From assembly GCA_028826165.1 (NCBI GenBank), contig JAPDFW010000091.1, positions 1-64,000 of the forward strand: DNA of 64,000 nucleotides. Direction: 5' to 3'. The position numbers and the translations under genes are program-made. Each line of letters opens with the position of its first letter. Within the stretch, counting starts at the first letter, position 1. The stretch comes from Anaeramoeba ignava BMAN. Its lineage: Eukaryota; Protista; Anaeramoebae. Of the stretch, positions 51,174 to 62,556 are shown in pieces. Below the pieces are notes generated by a model that was not told the origin of the DNA, did no database searches, and was given only the letters and a program-made list of their open reading frames with translations.

Positions 51174-52467
51174 TTAATTATTTCTTCTGGGATTGAAATT
51201 ACGACGACCTTGATTTTTTTGACCAAAACGATGAGGAGATTGAAAGTTTTTTCTGTTTTGTTGAAATCCACCTTTTTGATTTCTATTGAAATTTCTACCT
51301 CTATCTGAATTTTGATTTTGATTTCTGTTTTGAAATTGATTTCTGTTTTGGAATTGATTTCTTCCTCCTCTTCTTGGAGTAAATTTAGGTTTTTTGTCTT
51401 GTTGATTGTTTTCATTTTTTGCTTGTCGATTTCTTCTTGATGTTTTTTTCTTTTTTAAAGAATAAATTAAAATTAAAATTAAAATTTAATTTGATTTAAT
51501 TTTGATTTGATTTGATTTGATTTGATTTGATTTGATTTGATTTGATTTGATTTAATTTAATTTAATTTAATTTGATTTGATTTGATTTGATTTAATTTAA
51601 TTTGATTTAATTTAATTTGATTTGATTTGATTTGATTTAATTTAATTTGATTTAATTTAATTTAATTTAATTTAATTTAATTTAATTTGATTTGATTTAA
51701 TTTGATTTGATTTGATTTGATTTTATTTGATTTTAAATTTTTTACACTTTGGGTTTTGGAAGAACTGTGCTTAATGGTTTTAAACGAAATGTATCAATGA
51801 ACATTTTTGTTCCCACTTTAAAAGTGTTTGCAGGATAACCTTCATCAGGTTTTACAACAAAAAACTTTTTACATTTTATTATAAATATTATTATAAATAT
51901 TATTATAAATATTATTATAAATATTATTATAAATATTAATATAAATATTATTATAAATATTATTATAAATAAATATTATTATAAATTTAATTATAAATAT
52001 AAATATTAATTTAAAATTAAAATTATAAAAATTATAAAGAAAGTCTTATTTGTTTTTAAACTAATATAACACAAATATTATTGTTCCCCTTTAATCAAAA
52101 ATTATTATAAATATTAACAAAAATTTTTATTATAAAATAAATTTTTATTATATTTATAATATGATAATAAAAGAAAAATGAAAAATAATTATTATTATAA
52201 ATAAATATAAATATTATTATAAATAAATACCATTTGATTTAAAGGACCTAACACTTCATCAATCAAACCAATTTTTGTTTTATCTTCAAGAAAAATATAA
52301 GAATTATAACCAGGAACAGATTCATTTGTTCCTTTACAAACTAATTTATCACCACAAATATGAAGAAAATGTCCAAGTTCAATAATATTTTCTCCTGAAG
52401 GTGTTTGTTCAAAGTTTCTTTTTCCTGTAAATTTTCTTTTTTTTTGAAATCTTTTAGCTCTATTCAT
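51174..52467 (-). CDS. GAR1: H/ACA snoRNP subunit Gar1; introns 51865-52230 and 51450-51747
   Basis: LGHFLHICGDKLVCK..VPGYNSYIFLEDKTKIGLIDEVLGPLNQM|FFVVKPDEG..FID..LKPL..LPKP. Confidence 0.9.
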
Positions 52468-52587
52468 TTAATAATTAATGATAAAAAAAACAAGAAAAAA
52501 ATGAAAAAAAATGAAATTATTTTTTTTTAAAATAAATTTTTTTTTTCATTTTTTTTCATTTTTTTTCATTTTTTTTTCCTTTTTTTC

Positions 52588-55442
52588 ATGTTAAAAAATT
52601 TGACTATTTCTTTAAATAAACATTTTGATAATTTTGATTCAGATTTTTTTGGAGTTGGTACTGAAACTGGTTTTAAAATATTCCGTGTTGCTAGTGCTGA
52701 ATATTGCTTCCAAAGAGGTAAATATAAATATAAATATAAATATAAATAATTATAAATATATAAATATAAATATAAATATAAATATAAATATAAATATAAA
52801 TATAAATATAAATATAAATATAAATATAAATATAAAATATAAATATAAATATAAATATAAATATAAATATAATTCATAAATATAAATATAAATATAAAAA
52901 TTGGCTCATAAATATAAATATAAATATAAATTCATAAAATAAACATAAATATATATAAATATAAATATAAATATAAAATATAAATATAAATATAAAATAT
53001 ATAAATATAAATATAAATATAAATATAAATATAAATATAAATATAAATATATATAAACATAAATATAAATATAAAATAAATATAAATATTTAAAATAAAT
53101 ATAAATATAAATAATAAATATAAAATATAAATATAAATATAAATATATAAAATATAAATATAAATATAAAATATAAACATATAAATATAAAATTATAAAT
53201 ACAAAATATAAATATAAAAAAATATAAATATAAATAAAATATAAATATATAAATATAAAATAAACATAAATATAAATATAAATATAAATATAAATATAAA
53301 TATAAATATAAATATAAATATAAATATAAATATAAATATAAATATAAATATAAATATAAATATAAATATAAATATAAATATAAATATAAATATAAATATA
53401 AATATAAATATAAATATAAATATAAATATAAATATAAATATAAATATAAATATAAATATAAATATAAATATAAATATAAATATAAATATAAATATAAATA
53501 TAAATATAAATATAATTATAAAATTTATTAGAAACTAAAACACCAGTTAAACTCTTTTCATTATTATCTCGTTCAAATATTTTTGCATTTGTTGGAGATG
53601 GATCTAAAAAAGATTTTCCATCTAATAAAGTGAATTAATTTACAAAAAAAAATAAGTATTCAACTTAATATTTAAAAAAAATAATCGAAATTTGAAACAT
53701 AAATAAGGTTTGTATTTGGGATGATTTCAAAATGAAAATTGTTGCAGAATTGATATTTCGTGAAAATATATTTGGGATATATTTTAGTTCAGATAAATTT
53801 ATTGTAGTTACAAATACAGAAACCTTTGTTTTGGAATTAAAAACTTTAAAACAAGAATTAGCAATCAAAACACAACCCAATCCATTGGGTAAATATATAA
53901 TCAAGAACTATCAAAACAAAATCCAAAAAAAACAAAATAATTTTTAAATTTGATTTATTTTATATTGGATTAATTAAATATATTTTATGAATATTAAGGT
54001 TGTTGTTCAGTTACTGGAGGAAGAGATAATTTAACTCTTGTAATTCCATCACAAAATGAAGGATATGTTAAAATTATTCGTTTTAAAAATGATAATCAAC
54101 CAACTATTTCTGAATTGAAGTATTTTCAATTCATTTTATTTTATTGCTTTTTTTTAGGAATTAAGTTAATTATTTAAATAATTTAATTTCTTAATTATTT
54201 TTTGTGTAGAGCTCATGAACATGCAATTTCAAAAATTGAAATATCTTCAGATGCAAAACTTTTAGCAACAGCTTCTCAAAAAGTAAAATATTTACAAAAA
54301 TATATTTACAAAATATTTACAAAATATATTTACAAAATATTTACAAAATATTTATACAAAATATTTACAAAAAATATTTACAAAATATTTACAAAATATT
54401 TACAAAATATTTACAAAATATTTACAAAATATTTACAAAATATTTACAAAATATTTACAAAATATTTACAAAAATATATTTACAAAATATTTACAAAATA
54501 TTTACAAAATATTTACAAAATATATTTACAAAATATATTTACAAAAATGTTTTTACAAAATATATTTACAAAATATTCAAAAATATTTACAAAAATATAT
54601 TTACAAAATATTTACAAAAATATTTATAAAAATATTTTATTCACAAAATATATTTATAAAAATATATTTACAAAATATTTATACAAAAATATTTATACAA
54701 AATATATTTACAAAATATTTACAAAATATGATTTACAAAATATATTTACAAAATATTTACAAAATATATTTACATACAAAATATTTATACAATATATTTA
54801 CAAAATATTTACAAAATATTTACAAAATATTCACAAAATATTTATTGCTTTCCTGTTTATTTTTTAAAGGGAACAATTATTAGAGTTTTTGATATTGAAG
54901 CAAATCAAAAAATTTGTGAATTAAGAAGAGGAAAAAATACAGCAGAAATATATTCAATGTGTTTTGGAAGAGATAATGAATTATTAGCTGTAACTTCTTC
55001 TTCATCAACAATACATATATTTGAAATTGGAGCTAATTCAAAAAAAGATACAAAGAAAAGGTGAATTTTTTTTTAAAATTAAATTCCTTTCTTTTAAAAA
55101 TTAAATTCCTTTTTAAAAATTAAATTCCTTTCTTTTTAAAAATTAAATTCCTTTTTTTTTAGTTCATGGTTTGGAATGTCAACTAAAGAAATTAAAAGTT
55201 CTTATAAAAGTCATTTAGAAAAATCTGGAATTTTTCATATTTCTTGTTTCAATAAAAACAATTTAAATGGTAAATTATTTATTATTATTTTTTTAAATCA
55301 AAATTAATTTTAACTTAAAATTTTTTATTTAAATTATTTAGTTATTTTTGTTGATGGAAGTTTTTTTGAATTTCAAGTTGATACTGAAACAAAAAAATTG
55401 AAAAAAATTATTTACACAAATTTTGAAGATGGAAATTTTTGA
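52588..55442 (+). CDS. PROPPIN (WIPI3/4-Hsv2-Atg18 family); introns 52718-53531, 53630-53707, 53889-53998, 54120-54209, 54283-54869, 55061-55162, 55270-55341
   Basis: GTETGFKIF, RSNIFAFVG, NK|VCIWDD, NPLG, AHEHAIS..LLATASQK|GTIIRVF, the lipid-binding ELRRG motif, and TIHIF. Confidence 0.9.
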
Positions 55443-56165
55443 AACAAAATAATTGAAATAATTTGGAATAAAGTAATTGAAATAATTGAAATAATTGAAA
55501 TAAAATAATTGAAATAATTGAAATAATTTGGAATAAAGTAATTGAAATAATTGAAATAATTGAAATAAAATAATTTGGAATAAAGTAATTGAAATAATTG
55601 AAATAATTGAAATAATTGAAATAATTTGGAATAAAATAATTGAAATAAAACAATTTGAAATAAAATAATTGAAATAATTGAAATAAAATAATTGAAATAA
55701 AATAATTGAAATAATTGAAATAAAATAATTTGAAATAAAATAATTGAAATAATTGAAATAATTGAAATAATTGAAATAATTTGAAATAAAATAATTGAAA
55801 TAAAATAATTGGAATAAATAATTTGAAATAATTTGAAACAAAATAATTGAAATAATTGAAATAATTTGGAATAAAGTAATTGAAATAATTTGGAATAAAA
55901 TAATTGGAATAAAATAATTGAAATAAAATAATTGAAATAATTTGAAATAAAATAATTGAAATAATTTGGAATAATTGAAATAAAATAATTGAAATAATTG
56001 AAATAAAATAATTGAAATAAAATAATTGGAATAAATAATTTGAAATAATTTGAAACAAAATAATTGAAATAATTGAAATAATTTGGAATAAAGTAATTGA
56101 AATAATTTGGAATAAAATAATTGGAATAAAATAATTGAAATAATTGAAATAAAATAATTGGAATT
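55443..56165. repeat. (GAAATAATT / GAAATAAAATAATT)n minisatellite
   Basis: Starts at the PROPPIN stop codon and fills the spacer. Confidence 0.9.
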
Positions 56166-56268
56166 TTGAAATAATGAAATAAAAAAAGATTTATTGCAAA
56201 AAAATTTTTTCATTTTTAATTTTTCATTTTTCATTTTTCATTTTTCATTTTTTTCATTTTTTTTAATA

Positions 56269-59200
56269 ATGGAAGAACAAAAAGTTGATGCTTGGGGAAA
56301 ATTAGTTTCATTAGTTCAAGAACTTCCAGATATTGAATTAATTGGAGAAGAAATGGGTAAAATAAATCAAATAAAATTCAAATTTAAAATTAAATTCAAA
56401 TTTAAAATTAAAATTTAAAATAATTTTTAGTTACTTTTGGAAGTTCAGATAAATGCACTTATGTTATAAAAAATCAATCTATTAGCAAATTTCATTGTTC
56501 ATTTCAATTAAAAAAAGGTCAAAATAGTTCTGCAAAAATTAAAGATTATTCAATTCATGGAACATTTGTTAATGGAAAAGTTAATTTTTCTTTTTGAAAC
56601 AAAGTTTTTTCAAAAGGAAATTAAAAAATTGATTTTTTTCTTTTGAATTATTTAATAGCGAATTGGAAAAGGATTTTCAAGACCTTTATTTCATACAGAC
56701 GAAATATCTTTTGCTTCAATTCGTGATAAATCTAAACCTCGTCCTGGTAAAAAATTAATTAAAAAATTAATTAAAAAATTTATTAAAAAATTAATTAAAA
56801 AATTAATTAAAAAATTTATTAAAAAATTTATTAAAAAATTAATTAAAAAATTAATTAAAAAATTAATTAAAAATTAAAAATTAATTAAAAAATTAATTAA
56901 AAAATTAATTAAAAAATTAATTAAAAAATTAATTAAAAAATTAATTAAAAAATTTAATTTTAGTTGCTTGTTATATTTTAAAACTTTTTTCTGTTCTTCC
57001 TCGTGAAAAAAGTGATGAAGTAAATTTATTTATTTTAATTAAAAATTAAAATTATTTAACAAAAATAATTTTTAAATTGAAAAATTTGAATAAAAGTCTG
57101 AAATTAAAAAAATTTATAAAATTGGAAGACTTTTAGGAACGTAAATATGAATATAAAATAAATATAAAATAAATATAAAATAAATATAAAATAAATATAA
57201 AATAAATATAAAATAAATATAAAATAAATATAAAATAAATATAAAATAAATATAAAATATAAAATAAATATAAAATAGAGGTAAATTTGCAGAAGTTAGA
57301 ATGGCAACAGATAAACAAGGAAAAAGATATGCAATGAAAATTGTTGATAAACAAAAATTTCAAGAAGGAGAAACTGTAAAAGAAAAAAAAAACACAAAAT
57401 TTACTTTCTTTTGAAAATAAAATTTTAAACTGTTTATTCTTTGATTTTGTAACATAAAAATATATTTATTTTCAATAATATAAATATATTTAAGGATGAT
57501 CAACAAGCACAAAGAGATCCAGCAATGGATGAAATGAATATTTTAACAAAGATTTCACATGAAAATATAGTTGGAATTCATCAAGTTTTTAATACAGAAA
57601 ATCATATTTATTTGGTTTTAGATTTGTATTTTAATTAAATTTAAAAATGATTTATTTCATAAAAGAAAAAGAAAAAGAAAAGAAGAGAAATTATTTTAAC
57701 AAAAAGATTTTATTTCTTCAATTTTTTTGGATTTATTTATCAGATGTACTGGTGGAGAATTACTTGATAAAATTACAGCTAAAGGATTTTATAAAGAAAA
57801 TGATGCTATAGTTGTTATGAAACAACTTTTTTCAGCTTTAGCTTATCTTCATAAAATGCAATTTGCGCATCGAGATTTAAAAGTATTTAAATTGTTGGAA
57901 ATTAATCTATGAATTAAAAATATTTAAATTGTTAGATATTAATTTATGAATTAAAAATATTTAAATTGTTAGATATTAATTTATGAATTAAAAATATTTA
58001 AATTGTTAGATATTAATTTAAGAATTGAAAATATTTAAATTTTATTTATTTCTGAATAAGTAAGTTCTTGAGGTTTTCTTGAGTGTAATTCTAATTTTAC
58101 AATCTTCAGTTCTCGAATAAAAGAACTAAATAAAAAATGGAATAATTCATGAGCATCTTGTTGTTGATTTAAATCAAATAATGAATTTATTATTTGAAAA
58201 TTATTCATCAAATTTTTTAAATTGATTTTCTCTTGTTGGAAATTAATCTATGAATCGAAAATATTTAAATTGTTAGAGAATTTATGAATTAAAAGTATTT
58301 AAATTGTTAGATATTAATTTAAGAATTGAAAATATTTAAATTGTTAGAGAATTTATGAATTGAAAATATTTAAATTGTTAGATATTAATTTATGAATTAA
58401 AAATATTTAAGTTGTTAGAGAATTTATGAATTAAAAATATTTAAATTGTTAGATATTAATTTATGAATTAAAAATATTTAAATTGTTGGAAATTAATTTA
58501 TGAATTAAAAAAATAAAAATTGTTGAATAATTAATTTTATCTTGTTGAAAATATTTAAATTGATGAATTTATTTGAAAATTATTCATCAAATTTTTAAAT
58601 TGATTATTTAAATTGTTAGATATTAATTTATAAATTAAAAATATTTAAATTGTTAGAGATTAATTTAAGAATTAAAAATATTTAAATTGTTGGAAATTAA
58701 TTTATGAATCGAAAATATTTAAATTGTTGGAAATTAATTTATGAATTGAAAATATTTAAATTGTTAGATATTAATTTAAGAATTGAAAATATTTAAATTG
58801 TTAGAGATTAATCTATGAATTGAAAATATTTAAATTGTTAGATATTAATTTATGAATTAAAAATATTTAAATTGTTAGATATTAATTTATAAATTAATAT
58901 TTAAATTTTGTTTATTTCTGAATAAGTAAGTTCTTGAGGTTTTCTTGAGTGTAATTCTAATTTTACAATTTCCAGTTCTCGAATAAAAGAATTAAATAAA
59001 AAATGGAATAATTCATGAGCATCTTGTTGTTGATTTAAATCAAATAATGAATTTATTATTTGAAGATTATTCATCAAATTTTTTAAATTGATTTTCTCTT
59101 GTTAGAGATTAATTTATGAATTAATAATATTTAAATTGTTAGAGATTAATTTCTGAATTGAAAGTATTTAAATTGTTAGATATTAATTTATGAATTGAAA

Positions 59201-61157
59201 ATATTTAAATTGTTAGATATTAATTTAAGAATTGAAAATATTTAAATTTTGTTTATTTCTGAATAAGTAAGTTCTTGAGGTTTTCTTGAGTGTAATTCTA
59301 ATTTTACAATCTTCAGTTCTCGAATAAAAGAATTAAATAAAAAACGGAATAATTCATGAGCATCTTGTTGTTGATTTAAATCAAATAATGAATTTATTAT
59401 TTGAAGATTATTCATCAAATTTTTTAAATTGATTTTCTCTTGTTGGAGTTTCAATTTCTTCTAAAGGAAACAATTCATAATTTCCTTCATTGGATAAATG
59501 CCGAGCTTGAACAGATCCAGTTTGTGTGTAATAAAATTGAAAGAATTTTCGGCATCCTTTAAAAGTTTTGACTTCTATCTAATCTTTTTGTATACAATTT
59601 CCAAAATTTGTGGGAATACAATTTGATGGTTTCACAATTAAATTGGTATAATCTTGCTTGTTATTGGGCCTATTTCCTTTCACTTTTTCTCTTGTTTCCA
59701 GTTGTTTCAATCTACCGAACATTTCATCACATTCAGAAGCTCCATGATTTGGCAATAAAAAATTATGTTCAATAAGAATATCAAGTTCTTCAGAGAATTC
59801 AGAAAAAAAGAAAAACAATTTTTTGTTTTTAAAATGTGGTCCTCCATCACTCCATAAAATCAATTTTTTGAAAGAAGAAAAATAATCATTTTCTCCAAAA
59901 TAAAGAAAAACAATTTATTATAAGAGAAAAATGAGATGATTTCAAAAAATAAAAAATTTTTTGAAATCATCTCATTTTTACTCAAGTTGCTCATTTCTCA
60001 ATTTTCCCAATTTTATTGCGAATTAAAAAAAAATTGGTTATTCTTTTCTTTTTTTAATTTTGATTTGTTATTTGTTGTGATTTGATTTTTTTTTTCATTT
60101 TGTGGATTACCATGAAACTCAATTCTTGTTTATTTTTATGTCCTGTGATTTTCATGATTTGACGAACAAATATTTGATCGTTCGATAAAATGGAAAACAC
60201 TTGTCACTCTTAGAGAATGTAAGGAAACTCGACTTTCGATTTCTGCCTTTTTCACTATTAATTTGAAAAAAAAATCAATTAATTTATTGGAATTCATCGT
60301 TTTTTTGATATACCTCTTTGAACGACTTACTGAATAATTAATCAGGAGAAAAAAATTCTTCTTTTTTTTTTGTGACATCTATTCTATACTCTTTTCTGTT
60401 TCGTCTATGGTAATGAATGCATAATGTTTGTTGAGTATTTTGTAGCCTTGATTTCGAAAAATTGTTTTTGATATAAATTAAATTTGATTTGAATTTAAAA
60501 ATTAATTAAAAAAAAATCAAAGCCTGAAAATATTATGTTAGTCAATTCAAAAGATGACACATCAATTAAAATATGTGATTTTGGTCTTTCACGTTTTACT
60601 TCAGAAAAAGAAAAAATGTCAACTTTTGTTGGAACATTACAATATTTAGCTCCTGAAATTATAGTTCAACTTTATCCAGAATCAATTGCAAAAGGATATA
60701 CAAAAGCTTGTGATCTTTGGTCTTGTGGAATTATTCTTTATGTTTTGTAATTAAACAAAAAATTAAAAATTTAAATTTAAATTTAAAAAATTTATATTTA
60801 ATATTTAATAGATTATCAGGTTATATTCCTTTTACTTCATTAAAACAAACAATGATTATGAAACAAATTCTTGAAGGAGATATTGATTTTCCTCCTGATA
60901 TTTTCTCAAATGTTTCAATTGCTGGTAAATTATATTTATAACAAAAATAAATTGAAAAAAAATAAATTGAAATTTGAAAATGAAAAATTAATTTTTTTTT
61001 AGCTCGAAATTTAATAAGAAGAATGTTAACTGTTGATCCTCTTCATAGAATTACAGCAGAAGAAGCTCTTCAACATCCTTGGATTTTAGGTCAATCTGAA
61101 AAAATTAAAGATGAAATGCAAGATGTTTGGACTAAAAAACCAAAATTGTTTAAATAA
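56269..61157 (+). CDS. FHA-domain + CAMK-group kinase (Chk2/Dun1-like architecture), 11 exons, including a 2.64-kb intron 57883-60522
   Basis: AWGKL, FHA ISKFHC..DYSIHGTFVNGK, LGT|GKFAEV, YAMKIV, GGELLD, HRDLK|PENI, DFGLS, GTLQYLAPE, DLWSCGII and RITAEEALQHPWI. Confidence 0.9.
58031..59454 (-). pseudogene. Three tandem ~200-bp remnants of a ubiquitin-specific protease (C19)-like segment interleaved with a ~38-bp repeat
   Basis: Each copy (about 58031-58240, 58896-59103, 59238-59447) reads FDLNQQQDAHELFxFLF, resembling the USP QQDAHEF box. Confidence 0.55.
59460..59920 (-). mobile_element. Degenerate Sola-like DDD transposase fragment
   Basis: ILWSDGGPHFKNK..HNFLLPNHGASECDEMFG, then an in-frame TAG, then VKTFKGCRKFFQF..VQARHLS. 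Confidence 0.65.
59927..59979. repeat. Perfect 24-bp inverted repeat with 5-nt loop
   Basis: AAAAATGAGATGATTTCAAAAAAT-aaaaa-ATTTTTTGAAATCATCTCATTTTT. Confidence 0.9.
60105..60470 (-). mobile_element. Tyrosine recombinase (Crypton-like) C-terminal remnant
   Basis: FFLLINY..KLIVKKAEIESRVSLHSLRVTS, a frameshift, then VRQIMKITGHKNKQEL: the HxLR and TGH boxes of tyrosine recombinases. Confidence 0.7.
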
Positions 61158-61298
61158 GAAAAAGGAAAAAGGAATTTTTTTCAACTCCTTTTTTTTAATT
61201 TAATTTAATTTAATTTAAAAACAAAAATTAAAAAATCGGAAAAATTTGGAAATCATTTTTTTTTTAAAATTAAAATTAAAATTAAAATTAAAATTAAA

Positions 61299-62276
61299 AT
61301 GGAAATTAAAATGAAAAATGAATTTCCATTAACCAAAGAAGAAGAACTTGATGAATTTTATGATGATGAAGAAACATTAAATGAAAAAATCCAAAAATTA
61401 ATACAATTAATAAAAGAATCAAAACATTGTGTTTTTTTTACAGGAGCAGGAATTAGTATTTCATCAGGAATTCCTGATTTAATGAGTCCAAATGGATTAT
61501 TAGGTTCAAGAAGAAAAAGGGAATTGAGATTAAAAGAAAAGGAATTTTGGAAATGGAAACCATCATTAACACACTTAGGAATATTAGAATTAATGAAGAA
61601 GAAAATAGTGAAATATTTAATAACAATAAATTTGGATGCTCTTCATATGAGAAGTGGTGTTCCTTTTAATAAAATGAGTGAGTTACATGGAAACACAAAT
61701 ATGGAATATTGCACAAAATGTGGAACAAAATTTTTTCGCTTGTTCAAAACCCGAAATGCTTTGAAAAAAAATCTACATCTAACTGGAAGAAAGTGTGATT
61801 ATTGTGGCGGCGATTTAATGGATTCTACAATTAATTATGATGAAAAATTGCCTGAGGAAGCTTATAGATTGGCTGAAGAAAATTGTGAAAAGGCAGATCT
61901 TGTTGTTGTTTGGGGATCTTCTTTAAGAATTAGTCCTGCAAATTCTTTACCTTCAAAATCTGTTGAAAAAGGAAATGGGAAATTAGTCATGATAAATTTG
62001 CAGAAAACTCATAAAGATAAATATGCTTCTTTGCTTGTTAGAGCTAAATCTGATGATGTTATGAAAAGGTTGTTGAAAGAATTTGGATTGGAAGTGGATA
62101 TTTGGAGAGATAAATTGATTGATTTTATTTTGGAACAAAACGAAAAGAAAGAAAAGAAAGAAAATAAAGAAAATAAAGAAAGTAAAGAAAATAAAGAAAA
62201 TAAAGAAAATAAAGAAAATTTGGAATTAAGAATAAGTGATTCAAGTGATTCAAGTGATTCAAGTGATTCAAATTAA
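61299..62276 (+). CDS. Class IV sirtuin (SIRT6/7-like), divergent
   Basis: EELDEFYD, FTGAGIS..GIPD, LHMRSG, ELHGN, zinc CxxC..HLTGRKCxxC, GSSLRISPA and INLQKT. Confidence 0.9.
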   Translation: MEIKMKNEFPLTKEEELDEFYDDEETLNEKIQKLIQLIKESKHCVFFTGAGISISSGIPDLMSPNGLLGSRRKRELRLKEKEFWKWKPSLTHLGILELMKKKIVKYLITINLDALHMRSGVPFNKMSELHGNTNMEYCTKCGTKFFRLFKTRNALKKNLHLTGRKCDYCGGDLMDSTINYDEKLPEEAYRLAEENCEKADLVVVWGSSLRISPANSLPSKSVEKGNGKLVMINLQKTHKDKYASLLVRAKSDDVMKRLLKEFGLEVDIWRDKLIDFILEQNEKKEKKENKENKESKENKENKENKENLELRISDSSDSSDSSDSN

Positions 62277-62556
62277 AAATCAAAATCAAAATCAAAATCA
62301 AAATCAAAATGAAAAAAATTAAAATTAAAATCAAAATCAAAATCAAAATCAAAATCAAAATTAAAATGAAAATCAAAATTGAAAATAAATTTAAATTTAA
62401 AATTGAAAATCAAAATTAAAATCAAAATATAAATCAAAATAAAAATCAAAATCAAAATTAAAATCAAAATTAAAATGAAAATCAAAAATCAAAATGAAAA
62501 ATTAAAATGAAAAAAATTTTTTTGATTTAAAAAAAATCATTTTTCTCTTTCTATTT

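Noticed and set aside
54202-54867. 221-aa ORF with KIFTKYLQN repeats
   Set aside because: It is a PROPPIN exon read through into a repeat-filled intron.
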